Shown piece by piece: positions 14,031 to 27,069 of a DNA stretch of 64,000 nucleotides (position 1 is its first letter; every line of letters starts with the position of its first letter). Under the pieces are notes generated by a model that had not been told where the DNA came from, made no database searches, and was given only the letters and a program-made list of their open reading frames with translations. Both the position numbers and the translations under genes were made by a program. The DNA is taken from contig OZ024744.1 in the NCBI GenBank assembly GCA_964016885.1, positions 8,742,001 through 8,806,000 on the forward strand. The letters are read 5' to 3'. Source of the stretch: Eledone cirrhosa. Lineage: Eukaryota.

Positions 14031-14868
14031 GATATCCACTGTAAGTTGTGGGGTCTATTCTGTATGAAGAACTCAATGAAATCCATATGTTGAAAATGTT
14101 GTAGGTTAAGATAAATCTCAGAAAACAATAAAACATTAAAAGGAAAACAGAGTCATGATATAAGTTAAAACAATGAAATAAAATAAATATATCTCATTAT
14201 CTTATTATAATTTTCATCTTTTAATATACTATCTTTCCTAGCCATAACATTAATTTATATTCACCTTAAAACTCAATACAACACTAATCACCATTTATTT
14301 TGACATTCCTTTTAACTTCACTATACAAGATACATTCAACTATCAGTTTGACAATCCCCTTCCTTCCTAATAGATTTTTATGCCATTTCTACTAACACCT
14401 TTCAACCATTCCTTTCAAAGGGTCATGACCTCAACTAAAGTCTATTACTTTTCATCTCAACACCATATGAAAAAAAACAATTTGATTCGTTAGTTCTTCA
14501 ACTACATCCAAATATGGACATGATACTAATTCTGAGTAAAATTATTATTGAATAAAATTATTATTGCTTTTGAAAACAGGTGGTGATATGCATGTAAGTA
14601 AATATTCTCTCTATCTGATAGTTTGTAAACTTACATAGATCAATAACTGAGTATAGATACAATGTATTATCACCATCTAGAAACGATCGTAAAGCAGTGA
14701 AGTATATCTCTAATGACTTGATTTTTTATTTCATTGTTTTAACTTATATATATTAATAAGAGGAATTCCAACTTTGTCTGATTTACTCGTTTTATTTACA
14801 ATCCTTTAAAATTTATAATGGTTTTATAATGAAATAGTATGATAGAATATTAAATTCTAAGTGTTAAT

Positions 14869-14907
14869 TGAACAAGTACTTTCATGCTTTCGCAATCTTC
14901 AGGTTCA
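14869..14907 (-). ncRNA. Minimal type I hammerhead ribozyme
   Basis: Minus strand reads tgaac CTGAAGA t-tgc-gaaa-gca-t GAAA g-ta-c tt gttca: 5-bp stem I, GAAA-capped stem II with a U-U closing pair, palindromic stem III aagtactt. Confidence 0.7.
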
Positions 14908-15010
14908 TAATATGTGGTGACAGTCAAGTTTGCAATTTTCAACCGTGAAATTTTCAACTGTGCAATTTTCAACAGTTGAAAATTGCAAACTTGACTGTCA
15001 CCACACATTA

Positions 15011-15049
15011 TGTACCTGAAGATTGCGAAAGCATGAAAGTATTTGTTCA
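15011..15049 (+). ncRNA. Mutated copy of the minimal hammerhead ribozyme
   Basis: tgtac CTGAAGA ttgcgaaagcat GAAA gtattt gttca; two substitutions relative to 14869-14907. Confidence 0.55.
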
Positions 15050-15102
15050 ATTAACACTTATAATGAAATAGTATGATAGAATATTAAATTCTAAGTGTTA
15101 AT

Positions 15103-15141
15103 TGAACAAGTACTTTCATGCTTTCGCAATCTTCAGGTTCA
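15103..15141 (-). ncRNA. Minimal type I hammerhead ribozyme (third copy)
   Basis: Same sequence as 14869-14907. Confidence 0.7.
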
Positions 15142-15324
15142 TAATGTGTGGTGACAGTCAAGTTTGCAATTTATAATGGTATTATAATGAAATAGTATGA
15201 TAGAATATTAAATTCTAATACCATTATAAATTTTAAAGGATTGTAAATAAAACGAGTAAATCAAACAAAGTTGGAATTCCTTTTATTAATATAATCTTTA
15301 TACACAATCATACACACCCGTGTA

Positions 15325-15398
<74 letters not shown>

Positions 15399-15399
15399 A

Positions 15400-17445
15400 G
15401 CGATTCGATATTGCACAGCAACCATTCCATTGTTGTTTGATGATAGTTTGTGAACGAGATATACAAACTCCCTAACTTGAGCAATTTGCTGGTTGTAGAT
15501 TGTGAGGTGGAGATTGGCATTGTTTTTATCTGTTGTCATACACTTTGTTTTGGAGATGTTGATGTGTAAGCCAGTCTCCAGCGAATGTTTGGCCAGTACA
15601 TTCAGAAAGTCTTACAGATTGGTTCTACAGTAACTCATGATGGCCAGATCGTCTGCATAGCTAAGATTTGATATGACTTTCCTCCTATTTGATAGCCAGC
15701 GGAACATTCTTCTTCAGTTTGGTGGATAGGTGCAGCTATAACTATACAGAAAAGAAGTGCTGATAGTACATCCCCCTGCTTAACTCCCTTCAAAATGTCT
15801 ATACACCGTGTAGTTCCCAAATCTGTTTTGATATATGCTGTTGAGTTGGTGTAAGTTTCTTTCAATAGGTTGATGTATTTTCTGTTAATTGAAGTCTTGT
15901 TTAAGAGTTGCCACAAGCTGGGTAGTTTCACATTGTCAAAAGCTTTTGTGAAGTCAATGAAGATTATTCAATTCTATTGATTTCTCAATGATTTGTTCAA
16001 TAGTTAAGATCTGCTCAATGGTGTCTCTACCAGGTTGATACGCAGCTTGTATTACAGGAAATCAGGCATAAAGGTCTGACTTCACTCGTGCTGCAATGAT
16101 ACTCATTAAAATCTTGAAAACGTGACTCAATAGGCTGATAGGACAATAGTTCCCACAATCAAGTCTGCTACCTTTTTTGTAGAGTACAACTATCAATACT
16201 TTCTTGAACATGTCTGGGCTTTTTCCTGTAGTGATAATACAATTAAAGAGATGTTGAAGAGCTTTGATGAATTCTGAGTATATGTTGTCCTGCCCAGGGC
16301 TTTTTCCTCGTTTCAAATGTTTGATGGCATGAGATATCTCACTAGCTAAGATTGATGGAATGGCATCTGATGTTGAATCATGAATAGTTGTTGGTTCTGA
16401 GTTGCTGAAGTACAGTTCTTCATAGAATTTAACCCAGCGTTCAAGGATATCATCTCTGGAAGTAAGGATAGTATTGTTTGAATCTGTAATGCCCCAACTA
16501 AGATTTCTTGGTTTAGTCTTTAGTCTCTCCAGAACACCATGATATAACCTGTTGGGTGGTAGGTTATTCAGCTCCTTAATGTTGTACATTTGCTTAAGTT
16601 TGTCTCATTTAACGAGTTTTTTGCATTCAGCCTTTGCTATTCTATATTGGGATGATATGTGGCCACATTCTCTTCTGATTTTATGGTTTTCAGATATTGC
16701 TTTCTTTGATTGTTGTGACATCCACTGTGGAATGGAAAGGCTTTCCTTAGGTAAAATCTCTTCAGATACCTCGAGTTTAAATCAGCTTGCTATCTCGTTA
16801 CATGAGAGTTTGTCTAAGTTAACTTTCAATCGTATTTTAGTTCTTTGTGGCCAAACAAAGTTGATGCGAAATCTTGTTCGCGCCATACGATGGTCAGATA
16901 TATCAGGAGTGTTATGAACAGTGCTGTCTTGCTGAAGATTTTCTTGCTATTATAAAATCTATTTCATTCTTAGTTATTCTGTCTCGTGATATCCAAGGGA
17001 ACAGGTTTTTCTTTTGAAATATTGTGTTGGTGATCTGCATATTGTCCCTCGTACAAAACAGAGCTAGAAGCTCGCCTCCCGAGTTAAATGTATCTGTGGT
17101 ATATTTCCCAATACTTCATGGGAACGATTGATTCAGTTACCCAATTTTTTAATTAAAGTCACCCATCAGAAAGAAGTGATCTCTCTTCGGTGTCTTATCT
17201 ATTATAGTTTGTATGTTGTCATATAACTCATTGATTTCTTCATCTGGATATGTAGATGTGGGAAAGTAGCACAGGATAAGTACGAGTTTACAAAACTTAC
17301 TTTTCAACTCAGAACAGCTAGTCTGTCTGATGTAGGTTAGTAGTTGTGTACTAATGATGCACGCTTTTTGTTGACCAAGAAACCCACTCCATTCATGCGA
17401 CGAGTCACTTTGTTTGACAGATAAATATAATGTCCGGTATCTTTG
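15400..17445 (-). mobile_element. RTE-like LINE fragment (APE endonuclease + reverse transcriptase), decayed
   Basis: YFPTSTYPDEEINELYDNIQ...FLMGDFN and SDHR (APE); KSPGQDNI, NYCPISLLSHVFK, FIDFTKAFDNV, GVKQGDVLSALLF and a YADDL-like motif (RT); stops and frameshifts present. Confidence 0.85.
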
Positions 17446-17451
17446 TGTATG

Positions 17452-17502
<51 letters not shown>

Positions 17503-18521
17503 TCCATTTATTAATATATTGAATATTTACTCCAGTAATCTGTTGAGTGCTCAATATCAGTCATAAACTTTTAAGTTTGTTGGAATCCCAACAAATTAAA
17601 TATAATTTCTACATATATATATGTATATACGGTGATGAATTTATTTTGCAAATTTTTTATAAGAAAATCGTTTGTTGAAACAAATATTGTTATATTTATG
17701 GAATGTTATATTGTTATAATATTGCCAGTAATATATAATAAAACACACACACTGTTTGGTTTGGCTTGGTTTTCGCTTCCATATATTTTATATCTCCATA
17801 GTTAATTTATCTGGCAATCAATGATTATCATTGATTTACCAACAGTTAAAAATATAAACATAAATATAGTTTCACAGAGTTCTTCCGTCACACACATGTG
17901 ACATCATCAGTGATGTTATGTTTCCTCCTGTTGTATTGCTGTAATATTTTCTTATTCTATTTTATTTTATTTATTTTTTATTTATTTTTTATTTATTGTT
18001 ATCTCTCTTGTGAATGCGTGTGTGTGCGTGTTTTCTGTTTGTTGTGTGTTCGTGTCTGAGTCTGTGTGTGTTGATACTCTACATTTGGTCACTAGTTCGG
18101 TACTATATGAACTCGCCAGACTAAGACATGATGGTTATATAGACAACATTGAAATTAAAATAACATCTAAACATAGAAATGATTCAACAAATAGTAAAAA
18201 TAGTGAAACTACAGAAAAAGAATTAATAAAACCTAGGCTGAATAGAATACACGAATGGAATAAGCCATGAATGGAACAAATCAACTTCTATTTTAGCTGC
18301 TACTACCACCAAACCACCAAGGAAAAGAAAGAGAGAGAAAGAGATAAACGAAAATGTGAAATTTTATAAATATGTAAACTATGTTCTCTAATACTTTCTT
18401 CTAATTAATATACACCTTCATATCCTGTAGTATCAAGAAGCCGAAATAATTATCGGTTGAAACCGGTATGAAAAATTACTTTAAAAAAATGTTTGCTGTT
18501 ATTCTATGAGAAAATCCTATT

Positions 18522-18552
<31 letters not shown>

Positions 18553-18573
18553 GAAAGATATATATATATATAA

Positions 18574-18692
<119 letters not shown>

Positions 18693-18832
18693 AGACTGTA
18701 GAGAAATGACACACGAGTTGATATATATATAAACAAATAGTAAAGAGGGAGAAAATACAGCAGAAAATGCTAGAGGGATTTTTCAATATAACATCAAAAC
18801 ATTTATTTATAAAGTAGAGAATTCCGTATTTA

Positions 18833-18872
18833 ATCGTGTACCGGTTTCAACTTTATATGCTTTTTCAACGAT
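18833..18872 (-). ncRNA. Minimal hammerhead ribozyme, U3-A8 core variant
   Basis: Minus strand: atcg TTGAAAA agc-atataaa-gtt GAAA c-cg-g ta cacgat; stem I imperfect. Confidence 0.55.
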
Positions 18873-18885
18873 GGAAGTGTATAGT

Positions 18886-19640
18886 GTAGTTAAATTGCAT
18901 ATTTATACGAATAATAAAATGTAGAAAAAAATGTTTAGTTTTTACATACGTATTTAGGGAGGAAAGTTCATATTTTTGTTCGTAGTTTTCTTTCGTTCGC
19001 TGTTAGTGTTGACCAACAGAGGTGGTAGCAGTTTAAATTGGTGGATTCGACTTTAGTGGTAGTAATGGCCGGCTACTCATACTGATGTTGGGGTGGTGTT
19101 CTCGGGGTGAGAAATATCAAGGTTTTATGGACTCTGTATTGTGTGAGATAATTAAATAGGATGGAACCTTTACTGTGAAAATATGGTGATATATGTGGAG
19201 TGGTGTAAACGTTGGAAATTTAAGAAAGATCTCTTAGAAACATCCACACTGCAGGTCAATTTAAGTATGCCAGCATTTCAGACAGGAATACCAAGATAGA
19301 TAATTTTAGAGACAAATACTTCATAAGTCAACATTAAGGTGATTCAATCATTCAAACCAATCCCAGGGACAGTTCCCTTTACCGTTATTAACAATGACTC
19401 TATCACCACCACACCTATCCCCTTCTTCTTCTCTTCTTCCTCCCTTCACCTTCTCCCCTCACTACTACCACTACAGTCGAATCCACCAATTTAAACTGCT
19501 ACCACCTCTGTTGGTCACCACTAACAGAGAACGAAAGAAAACTACGGACAAAAATATGAACTTTCCTCCCTAAATATGTATGTAAAAACTAAACATTTTT
19601 TTCTATTTTATTATTCGTATAAATATGCAATTTAACTGCA
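18886..19640. repeat. Inverted repeat, ~180-bp arms (18886-19064 / 19463-19640), PLE pLTR-like
   Basis: Arms are reverse complements with several mismatches; the left arm lies next to the HHR at 18833-18872. Confidence 0.88.
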
Positions 19641-19739
19641 TTATCTTCTGCATTGCGGGCCGCAGTACTGGGGTAATTTCCCCCTTCTTTTCAGCATGGA
19701 TTAGCAGCAATGATAATGATATCTAATTTGTGCACAGCA

Positions 19740-20100
19740 TCAGCAAGTTTTGATAGGAACGGAAGAAAGTCGGTTAAATCGATCCCCATTAATTTTACTG
19801 GTGCTTTAATTGATCGATTCCCGATACACGGCAATGTTGATATTTGTGGGATTTGAACTCAGGACGTAAAGAATCAAAAGAAATACCGCGAAGTGTTGGA
19901 AGAAATAATGTTTTCTTGCTAACATTAGCACAAGGCCGGTAATTTGAAGGGTAGGGAAAAGTCGATCACATCGACGCCAGTATTTAACTGATATTTTATT
20001 TTATCGATCCTTGGAAGGATCAAAGTCAAAATTAATTTTGATCGAATATGAACTCGAAATGTAAAAGGTCGTAGCAACAAAGAATTGGCAGCAATAATGG
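19740..20100 (-). mobile_element. Two degraded tRNA-derived (Nin-domain-like) SINE copies
   Basis: Minus-strand B-box gagttcaaatccc (~19850-19862) and gatcgataaaataaaatatcagttaaatactggcgtcgatgtgatcgact. Confidence 0.65.
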
Positions 20101-20399
20101 CATAATTGTTCCTACAGAACATAATAAGGATAAAAAATAATAATTAATTGGCCTCCCACCAATGAATGGTTTTCATGTCATGCCTTTTGAATTCGTTGAT
20201 TGTATGTTTTAGAGCTCTCTGCGTCACCCTTTCAAACCGTATGGAAAAGAGATGACATCAAATATTCATGGTCATTTATTTGATTGCAATTTTTGTCTAA
20301 TTTTAGGTGACGTAAAGTGAATTTCATCGACAGATATAATTTGTTGAGGTAGTCATGTGATGACGATAGCGAGGTGTTGTCAATATTTCATTAGTGTAG

Positions 20400-20620
20400 T
20401 GTGGTGGACACAATTGATAGAACATCGGATAACATAGCATTGCTGTATTTGCTATGACTTTTTACATCCGGAGTTCAAATCCCACCGAAGACAACTTTTC
20501 CAGGGTCAATAAAATAAAGTACTTATTAAGCATTGGAGTTGATTCAATAACCTTTACACGCCCCGCCCCCACACAAATTCAATCAATTGGGACGTTGTAC
20601 CAAAAATTAGAAATCAATAT
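20400..20620 (+). mobile_element. tRNA-derived SINE, degraded
   Basis: ggagttcaaatcccaccgaag...gggtcaataaaataaagtac. Confidence 0.7.
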
Positions 20621-20632
20621 TTAATTCATAAA

Positions 20633-20826
20633 TGGTGGATTGGCAGTATCGGTAGAGTGTCGGACGCCATGCTTTGCAGCAAAGAGTTACGGCCCTTGCC
20701 ATTCTGAGTTCAAATCCCGCCGAGGTTAACTTTGTCTTTCATCCTTACGGGGTCGATAAAATAAAGTACCAATAAAGTAATACACTAGGATAATTGCTGG
20801 CCTTGTGCCAAAAGTAGAAACAAATA
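20633..20826 (+). mobile_element. tRNA-derived SINE with Nin-like central domain (octopus OR-type)
   Basis: A-box-like tggcagtatcggtag, B-box gagttcaaatccc, core gccgaggttaactttgtctttcatccttacggggtcgataaaataaagtacc. Confidence 0.8.
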
Positions 20827-22993
20827 TTTAATTCATAATGTGTAATGTACTAGAAGAGACATATGTATATTTCTGAGAACGAATTAATGACAAGACACAT
20901 TTTATAGTAAAATGGTCCGACGTTATCGATATGTATTCTTTGCCGGAGTCCAGAAGGACTGGAACATTCCTCTCTTTAACAGGCATATTAACAATTGATT
21001 GACACCTTACTACTACATCATCTATATTGCTTTGCATTTTCTGCCTGTAGCAATGTCTTCGACTCATTTATTTCGTTTAAGCCATGCTTCAATAATCTTT
21101 ATTCAATTGAGCCAAAATCATATTTTATAATTTTTGCCGGAATATTTATTTTTATATAAATAAATTGCAAGTTTAATAAATTCTCGTGATAATTGATTTT
21201 CATCAGGTTATATCCAGGATTCTCTTAAATATTCATCTTCACCATTTAGATTTTACAACCAGTCAAATAATAACCATATTAATCTTCATGACTCATTCAA
21301 TTTCTTTAGTGCTTCCTAACGTTCCATCAAGATTTTTACCAATAATTTGATGTATTTCAAATAATCAAGATAGAATATGTCATTTGTGACTTTTGCCAAG
21401 ATCTTAATCATGTCGGATCAGCAGTTTTGATAATCCATCTTCCCTCGACGCTCTGAATCTCATATACAACATTAATAACAACACTTGAGTAGTTGAGATA
21501 TAAGTGTCATATGTTTTTACCCAGTGAGAATATATGTATTAGTAGTGCCTTGTCATCGGTGATTAATTCAAAATGTCCTTCATATAGGAATTGACAGAAT
21601 TTCCTAAGACCAAATATGATAGATAATCCCTCTTTATTTATTTGTGAATTCCGTTGTTGTTGATATGAATTCTGTAGTTTACATTACATGCTTGCGGCAA
21701 TGAACGTCCAACTAAAGTGTTTTATAGAAGACTCGCTGTAACATTGACTGTTATCGGAGACCTCTGTATCAAACATTATTGAACCATTTTTATTGCAATA
21801 TAACCCACCTTTTAGTTCAACGTATCAAATCTTTGTTGACCCTCATCTAATTAGTTTTTTCTTTCAATGTTCAATACTATTTAATTTTACAAATCTGTTT
21901 ATACAAAAATGAAACACACTTTTAAAGGGAACAAAAAAGGACATGGAAAGACGAAAAAGAAAAACAAGTAAGGAAATAAAAGGAGATGTGGGACAGACTC
22001 TACAAACTAGCGGACAAACCACCCTACCTCATGGGGCTCCTTCCTCAAGCAGGCTGTTATCTTTCTGATTTTACGGAGGAAACCAGCAGTGCGGAGACCA
22101 AGGACACCAGATGTCTCAACAGAGACCTATGACCTTCAATATGTGTTAAAATGTGGAAATATGTTTGCCGCGTTTTTAATGTAGGTGTGGTAAAAGACAG
22201 AGAAAAAACTGTTAGCATTTAATTTACATTTTTACAATACAGTAATATAATGAGATTTTACGATAGAATTAGATTTAAATCCGGTTAATCTTTTGCCAGA
22301 TGAGACAGCCATGATAACTAAGATAACTCTTGAGCATAAAAAAATCAATTTTTTGTTTATGACATTTTAAGCCATAATCATTTACCTGATTAAACACGTT
22401 CCAAATAGTTCTCTGTCATCGCTGAGAGACGCCGAATAACGCTGCTCTATTACAGATAAAATTATTTCGATAAAACCTTGAAATATAGCAGAAGCAACGA
22501 AATTTCTGAATGGCCTTCATTTCTATTTATGAAGACTAACCCATCCGAAATATGATATGGTAACTCTGTTGGTAGACAAGCCTCTTTGGGGTGTTTTCTT
22601 TTTCCAATCCGCTTGTTTATGGACGAGTTTATCATCAATATATTGAGGTGAATATTCTTCCGTATTTTTCTTCATGGTCACTTCAAAATCGCCATAGATG
22701 TGAAGTTTGCTGTTTGGCTACAAAAGAGAGATGGTTGGCTTAGTACAATCACGATAATCGATCGGTTGCCATATTCAACCAGTGTGCCAGGTTCTTAGTT
22801 TCAGTTTACAAATGTCTTTTTTTTTTAAATGGTCATGGTTTGGTGTGCTATTAAATTAGTTTCTCATTTGGTCATACCCTAACTGCGTGCTGAACTTTCA
22901 AATGAGAATATTTTGACACATTTAATAAATAAGTTGTTTACATCTTATTTACTTTCGAATTATTAACAATGCCAGTATATATATATATATACA

Positions 22994-23130
22994 CAGATGT
23001 GAGAAAAACCACAGACCCTCTATCTCAACTCTACTTTTGAAAAGCAGAAGAACTGCGAAACCGGTAAAGGAACCAAATAAATATATATATTTTTAAATAA
23101 GACTCCAGTTGCATTTTCGATTTCATCTCT
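22994..23130 (+). mobile_element. Short dispersed repeat (PLE pLTR end), copy 1
   Basis: Near-identical to ~28196-28335; contains an HHR; flanked by TA runs. Confidence 0.75.
23034..23069 (+). ncRNA. Minimal hammerhead ribozyme, U3-A8 core variant
   Basis: ctt TTGAAAA gcag-aagaa-ctgc GAAA c-cg-g ta aag. Confidence 0.7.
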
Positions 23131-23314
23131 TTTTCTTTATTCTTTCACTCGTGTAGGATACCTCGGTTATTTTTCATTTTGTAAAAAAAACCTCACTTTC
23201 TAATATATATATATATGAAGTATTTCCATAGAAAAGGTAAAGGAAAGAAGAGTGCTCTATGCATAGTACAGAGCTATTTATTTATGTAATAAATAACGCA
23301 CTAAGGATTAAATT

Positions 23315-23387
23315 TTACTTTCTGATGAACGAATTCTGACGCCTCTGTTGAGGTCACCTGTCTTCGTGAAACCTTTGGTAAATGGAA
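23315..23387 (+). ncRNA. Type I hammerhead ribozyme with extended stem II and degenerate stem I
   Basis: CTGATGA (23322-23328) acgaa...ttcgt GAAA cc-ttt-gg ta; stem I ttacttt/aatggaa has two mismatches. Confidence 0.62.
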
Positions 23388-23514
23388 TGATTGTAGTGTG
23401 TTGTTTATTACATAAATAAATATATATATATATACTTCGTTTTTGAATTTGTTTTGCAAGATTTCTTCTCTGAAAGGGTGTGTTGAATCAGATATTGTTA
23501 TACTTTGAGAAAGG

Positions 23515-23797
23515 TTATGTTGCCAATAAAAACACACGCTCCTGTCGGTTTCGCTTCAATTTATTATAAACACACACACACCCGGATGTAAGGCATGCGC
23601 AAACTAAGCACACAACACACAAACAATAAGATGATGTAGGACAGAACAAAATAAAAAAAACTTAGACACAGAATGTCTGATGAAAGGGTTTTGACAATAT
23701 ATAAAATACCTGCCGGTTATCGAACCAACCAACTGGAAATTTATAATAAATTGAAGTGAAAAACCAACAGGTGCGTGTGTTTTTATTGGCAGCATGA
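23515..23797. repeat. Inverted repeat, ~55-bp arms
   Basis: tgccaataaaaacacacgc..cctgtcggtttcgcttcaatttattataaa versus tttataataaattgaagtgaaaaaccaacaggtgcgtgtgtttttattggca. Confidence 0.75.
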
Positions 23798-24299
23798 CCC
23801 TCCCAAAGTATACCAATATATACATACATATATATATAAGAGAGTGTTCAGGTTTGCTTAAAGCAATGTGGAATATGAAAAATAGTTTTGAAGCCTCTAC
23901 AATGCAGATGGGTAAATCTGGCAACAAAATCCAGTGGCAATAGGAGAAGGAGAAGGAAAATAAACGTAAATAAACGTAAAAGGTGTAAGGAGAAAAGAGG
24001 AAAGAGAAGAGAAAGAATGCCAGAGTATGTTGTCCCCTAAAATATTTATTAATCCCTATATTTCAGTTTCGCATCCATCAATGGGGGTGGTTTTCCAAAG
24101 CGAAAATAAACACGTCGTTGAATGTTGTTGGTAGTACCATTCTGCTTAAAATTGACTATTATATGTTGGATTTGAGCATGCGTGGCTGCACGTTCGGCTT
24201 AAAAATTGACGGTTATTCGTTTGGCCTGCGCATGTCTGGGGTAAATGAAAGGTCATTCTAGATATTGCTGCTGTAACTCTGTGAGTGTGTCTTAGCCAA

Positions 24300-25975
24300 T
24301 GTCAGGACATAGTCCTGCTCTCTCGGGTCTTCTGTTTATTGGAGGTTCTAATCGATTTATCCAGAGAGTTTCCTTCACCCAATGGTACTCTCTGTTGCTA
24401 GCACTGTGACAGTCAGTGTCTTGTTCTTGTTTCCGTACTTGTCGATGTGCTTCCGGAAGAACGAGCCTCTGGTGCTGAAGCGCTCCTTAATACGTATATG
24501 CAGCGGTCAGATAGTGCTGCCGATGTAAAATTCCTTGTACTTGTCGCATTCGATCTTGTACATGATGTACGTGCGCAAGCAATAGTTTGTTTGGCGTATC
24601 CGGCAATTGCTGAGGGAGTACGCATTTCTGGTGCTATGACGTCTTTTGGAAAGCATTCCCATAGGGAAGATCCCTTGTGCGCCAACTGGATGTTGAGACC
24701 CTCCCTTCGAATGTCTCTGCAGATAACGATGGTGGTTTTCTCCCCCAGGTATGGTCTTTTGAGAAAGCATTTATCTCTCATATTTTGTTGCCTCCTGCGC
24801 CTGGGATCCCTTATTCTGTTGGTGAAAGATACTGGACATCCGTTGGCCTCCAACACCAAGTGGAGCCGCTGGGCTTGTGTGGCACCACTTACAGCATCAC
24901 TGCATCTGTCTTTGATCCGCTTGATCTCATTTGTGATGTATCCATGGTTGGTGCTCTCAGTATGAGCAGACTTGAAATGGAAGAAGAGGTCTCTGTAGGC
25001 CGCCTTGCGGTAGAAGTCAGTGTGGATCCCTCCGTGTTCCGTCATGTTAAGTCGGAAATGAAGGAGGGCAATGGACCCCCTCGTCGCTGGGGCGCTCCAT
25101 GCTGAAATCGATGTTCTCCTCCGTGTCATTGAATGCCTCGTAAATCCCGCCATCTTCTTAGGAAGATGTGAGGATGAGAATATCATCCACATATCTTGAG
25201 AAGATGGTGAGGCGAGGGTAGCAGAAGCGCTCTGCCTTCTAGCTGGTGCATTTATGAAAATGCCAGCACACCCGACTTATTTTGACTTTCTTGGCCACAC
25301 ATGCCATTAGACCCTGAGGTCTAATGGCATGTGTGGCCAAGAAAGTCAAAATAAGTATTGTTGATGACAACAGATAGGAGCTGGAGGATGTCGGAGGAGG
25401 TGAGTGCGAAGCAGTGCAGGCTGGGGGATATTATTCACTCTGACAGTATATCGACAGTCGGGAGTGCTGGAACCGAGGTGTAAAGAGCGACTACGTCAAA
25501 GCAGAAGTCGTATCTGTTATCCCTTAGGGTGCCCGGCTCCATTTGCCGTAGTCTGTCCATAATCTCCTCGGAATGGCTGACATGTCCAGGTAGGGTGGCC
25601 AGCAAGGGTTTCAGTATACTGGATATGAACCATGAGATCTTGTAAAGTAGTCCTTCCACGCTGGGTACGATGGGTTTGGTTTTCAGGTCGGGTCCTTGCT
25701 TGTGGGTCTTCATGAGGTGATAGAAGGTTGGTAGCCTCGTAACGAGGTCGGTTCCTCGTAACGAGTTTGAGCCTCAGTCACTTCGGGGAGTTTTCGCCGG
25801 TCGCAGATGTTGGTCAATGTTGTATTCCACGATCCTTTCGGGGGTGATACCAGTGACTTTGGAATAGAGTCTATCACCGTTAAGGTGTTTGAGAGCTAGG
25901 TTGTTATAATCTTCCCTAGTGATGACACAGAATTCCTTTCCTTTATCTATATAGGGACTAATCAATCTTTTAGGG
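24300..25975 (-). mobile_element. Penelope-like element (RT + GIY-YIG endonuclease), decayed
   Basis: DKGKEFCVITREDY, KTHKQGPDLKTKPIV, FDVVALYTSVP and HTDFYRK..FFHFKSAH (PLE RT); MYKIECDKYKEFYIGST (GIY-YIG). Confidence 0.88.
25275..25356. repeat. Perfect palindrome, 39-bp arms, 4-nt loop
   Basis: acttattttgactttcttggccacacatgccattagacc-ctga-ggtctaatggcatgtgtggccaagaaagtcaaaataagt. Confidence 0.95.
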
Positions 25976-26037
<62 letters not shown>

Positions 26038-27069
26038 ACACACACACACACACAGACACACACACACATTATATGTATATATGAAGATATGTCAGGTTAA
26101 ATTTCGTTTGTGTGAATCAAATGTGCAATAAATATGGAAGGTTGCTTAAAAAGTATTTTTTTCTCGACTTCTACCTTGCAGGAGGTACGGTAACAGTCCA
26201 ATTAAAGTGTTTAAAGTAGAGTTTCCAGGAAAAAAGATAATGGAGTGATTATAATAGTGAAGGTATAATACCAGGAAAAACAGGAATGACTAGGCAAGAA
26301 GAAATGGTAGGAAGGAGAAATTCATTTAGAGTTCGTTCCTTAACATATGTTTCTGTACAATATCATTCTGCTACCACTAACTGCACAGTACTATGCTCAT
26401 TTGCAAGCACTGCGTAAACATATTGCACTTCATCAGAAAGAGTAGAATATTTATAGGTGAAGTCGCTGCTACCCTACCTCCAACTGCCATGACCTGCATC
26501 GACTCCAGTCATCATATTTCATTTCCTTGTTTGACTTTTTTCTTTGTAGTCAGCCCTGTAAGGAAATGTATTACGTTTCAACTATTCTTTATCTATTCCG
26601 GTCGTTTGGTCCAGCGGAATCCCTCCCCCCTCTTCCTTCCTTCACTGGCCACATAGATTCTCCCCCTCCCCTCCCATTTACTAACTTAATCATTTTTCAA
26701 ATTTGCGTTCTCCTTACTCCATAGTTTTCAATACCTCTTTCTTTATGTATGTGTATATATAGATATGTGTGTGTGTGTGTCGGTATATAATATAAAACGA
26801 AAAATCAGTGATGCATCTAGACTCAGTTTATTGCGTGTTACAATTGTTTCGCCGGCAGATAGCTCGAGACACGATCATTGTATGGATCTGTCTGATTCTA
26901 TAACTGCGGGTTCTTCGGACACATGCACTTCGGACACATCCACTCTTGTCTTACCATTGGCTGTTGTTTTTCTACTTCATCATAAATTCTGGTCAATATT
27001 TGCTGCCACACTGGTCATCAGCTACTCTCCGTCCAATGAACTCATGCTGGGTTTGGTATCTCACAAGTC

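Larger units (their letters stand above)
14748..15293. repeat. Nested inverted/direct duplication cluster
   Basis: Outer inverted repeat ~14748-14823 / ~15219-15293; inner inverted repeat ~14858-14943 / ~14975-15060; direct copy of ~14825-14938 at ~15059-15172. Confidence 0.88.

Noticed and set aside
18430-18472. HHR-like gccga...tcggtt GAAACCGGTA
   Set aside because: The core reads atcaaga rather than CTGANGA or TTGANAA; at best a decayed remnant.
20633-20730. tRNA gene
   Set aside because: A/B boxes are present but there is no cloverleaf, and the sequence continues into a repeated SINE body.
21000-22900. Possible decayed DNA transposon or host exons
   Set aside because: No ORF or motif I can assign; needs tBLASTx/Dfam.
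26830-27030. Possible long minus-strand hammerhead (CTGATGA at ~27016-27022 ... GAAACAATTGTA at ~26838-26850)
   Set aside because: Stem I and the base of stem II do not pair convincingly.
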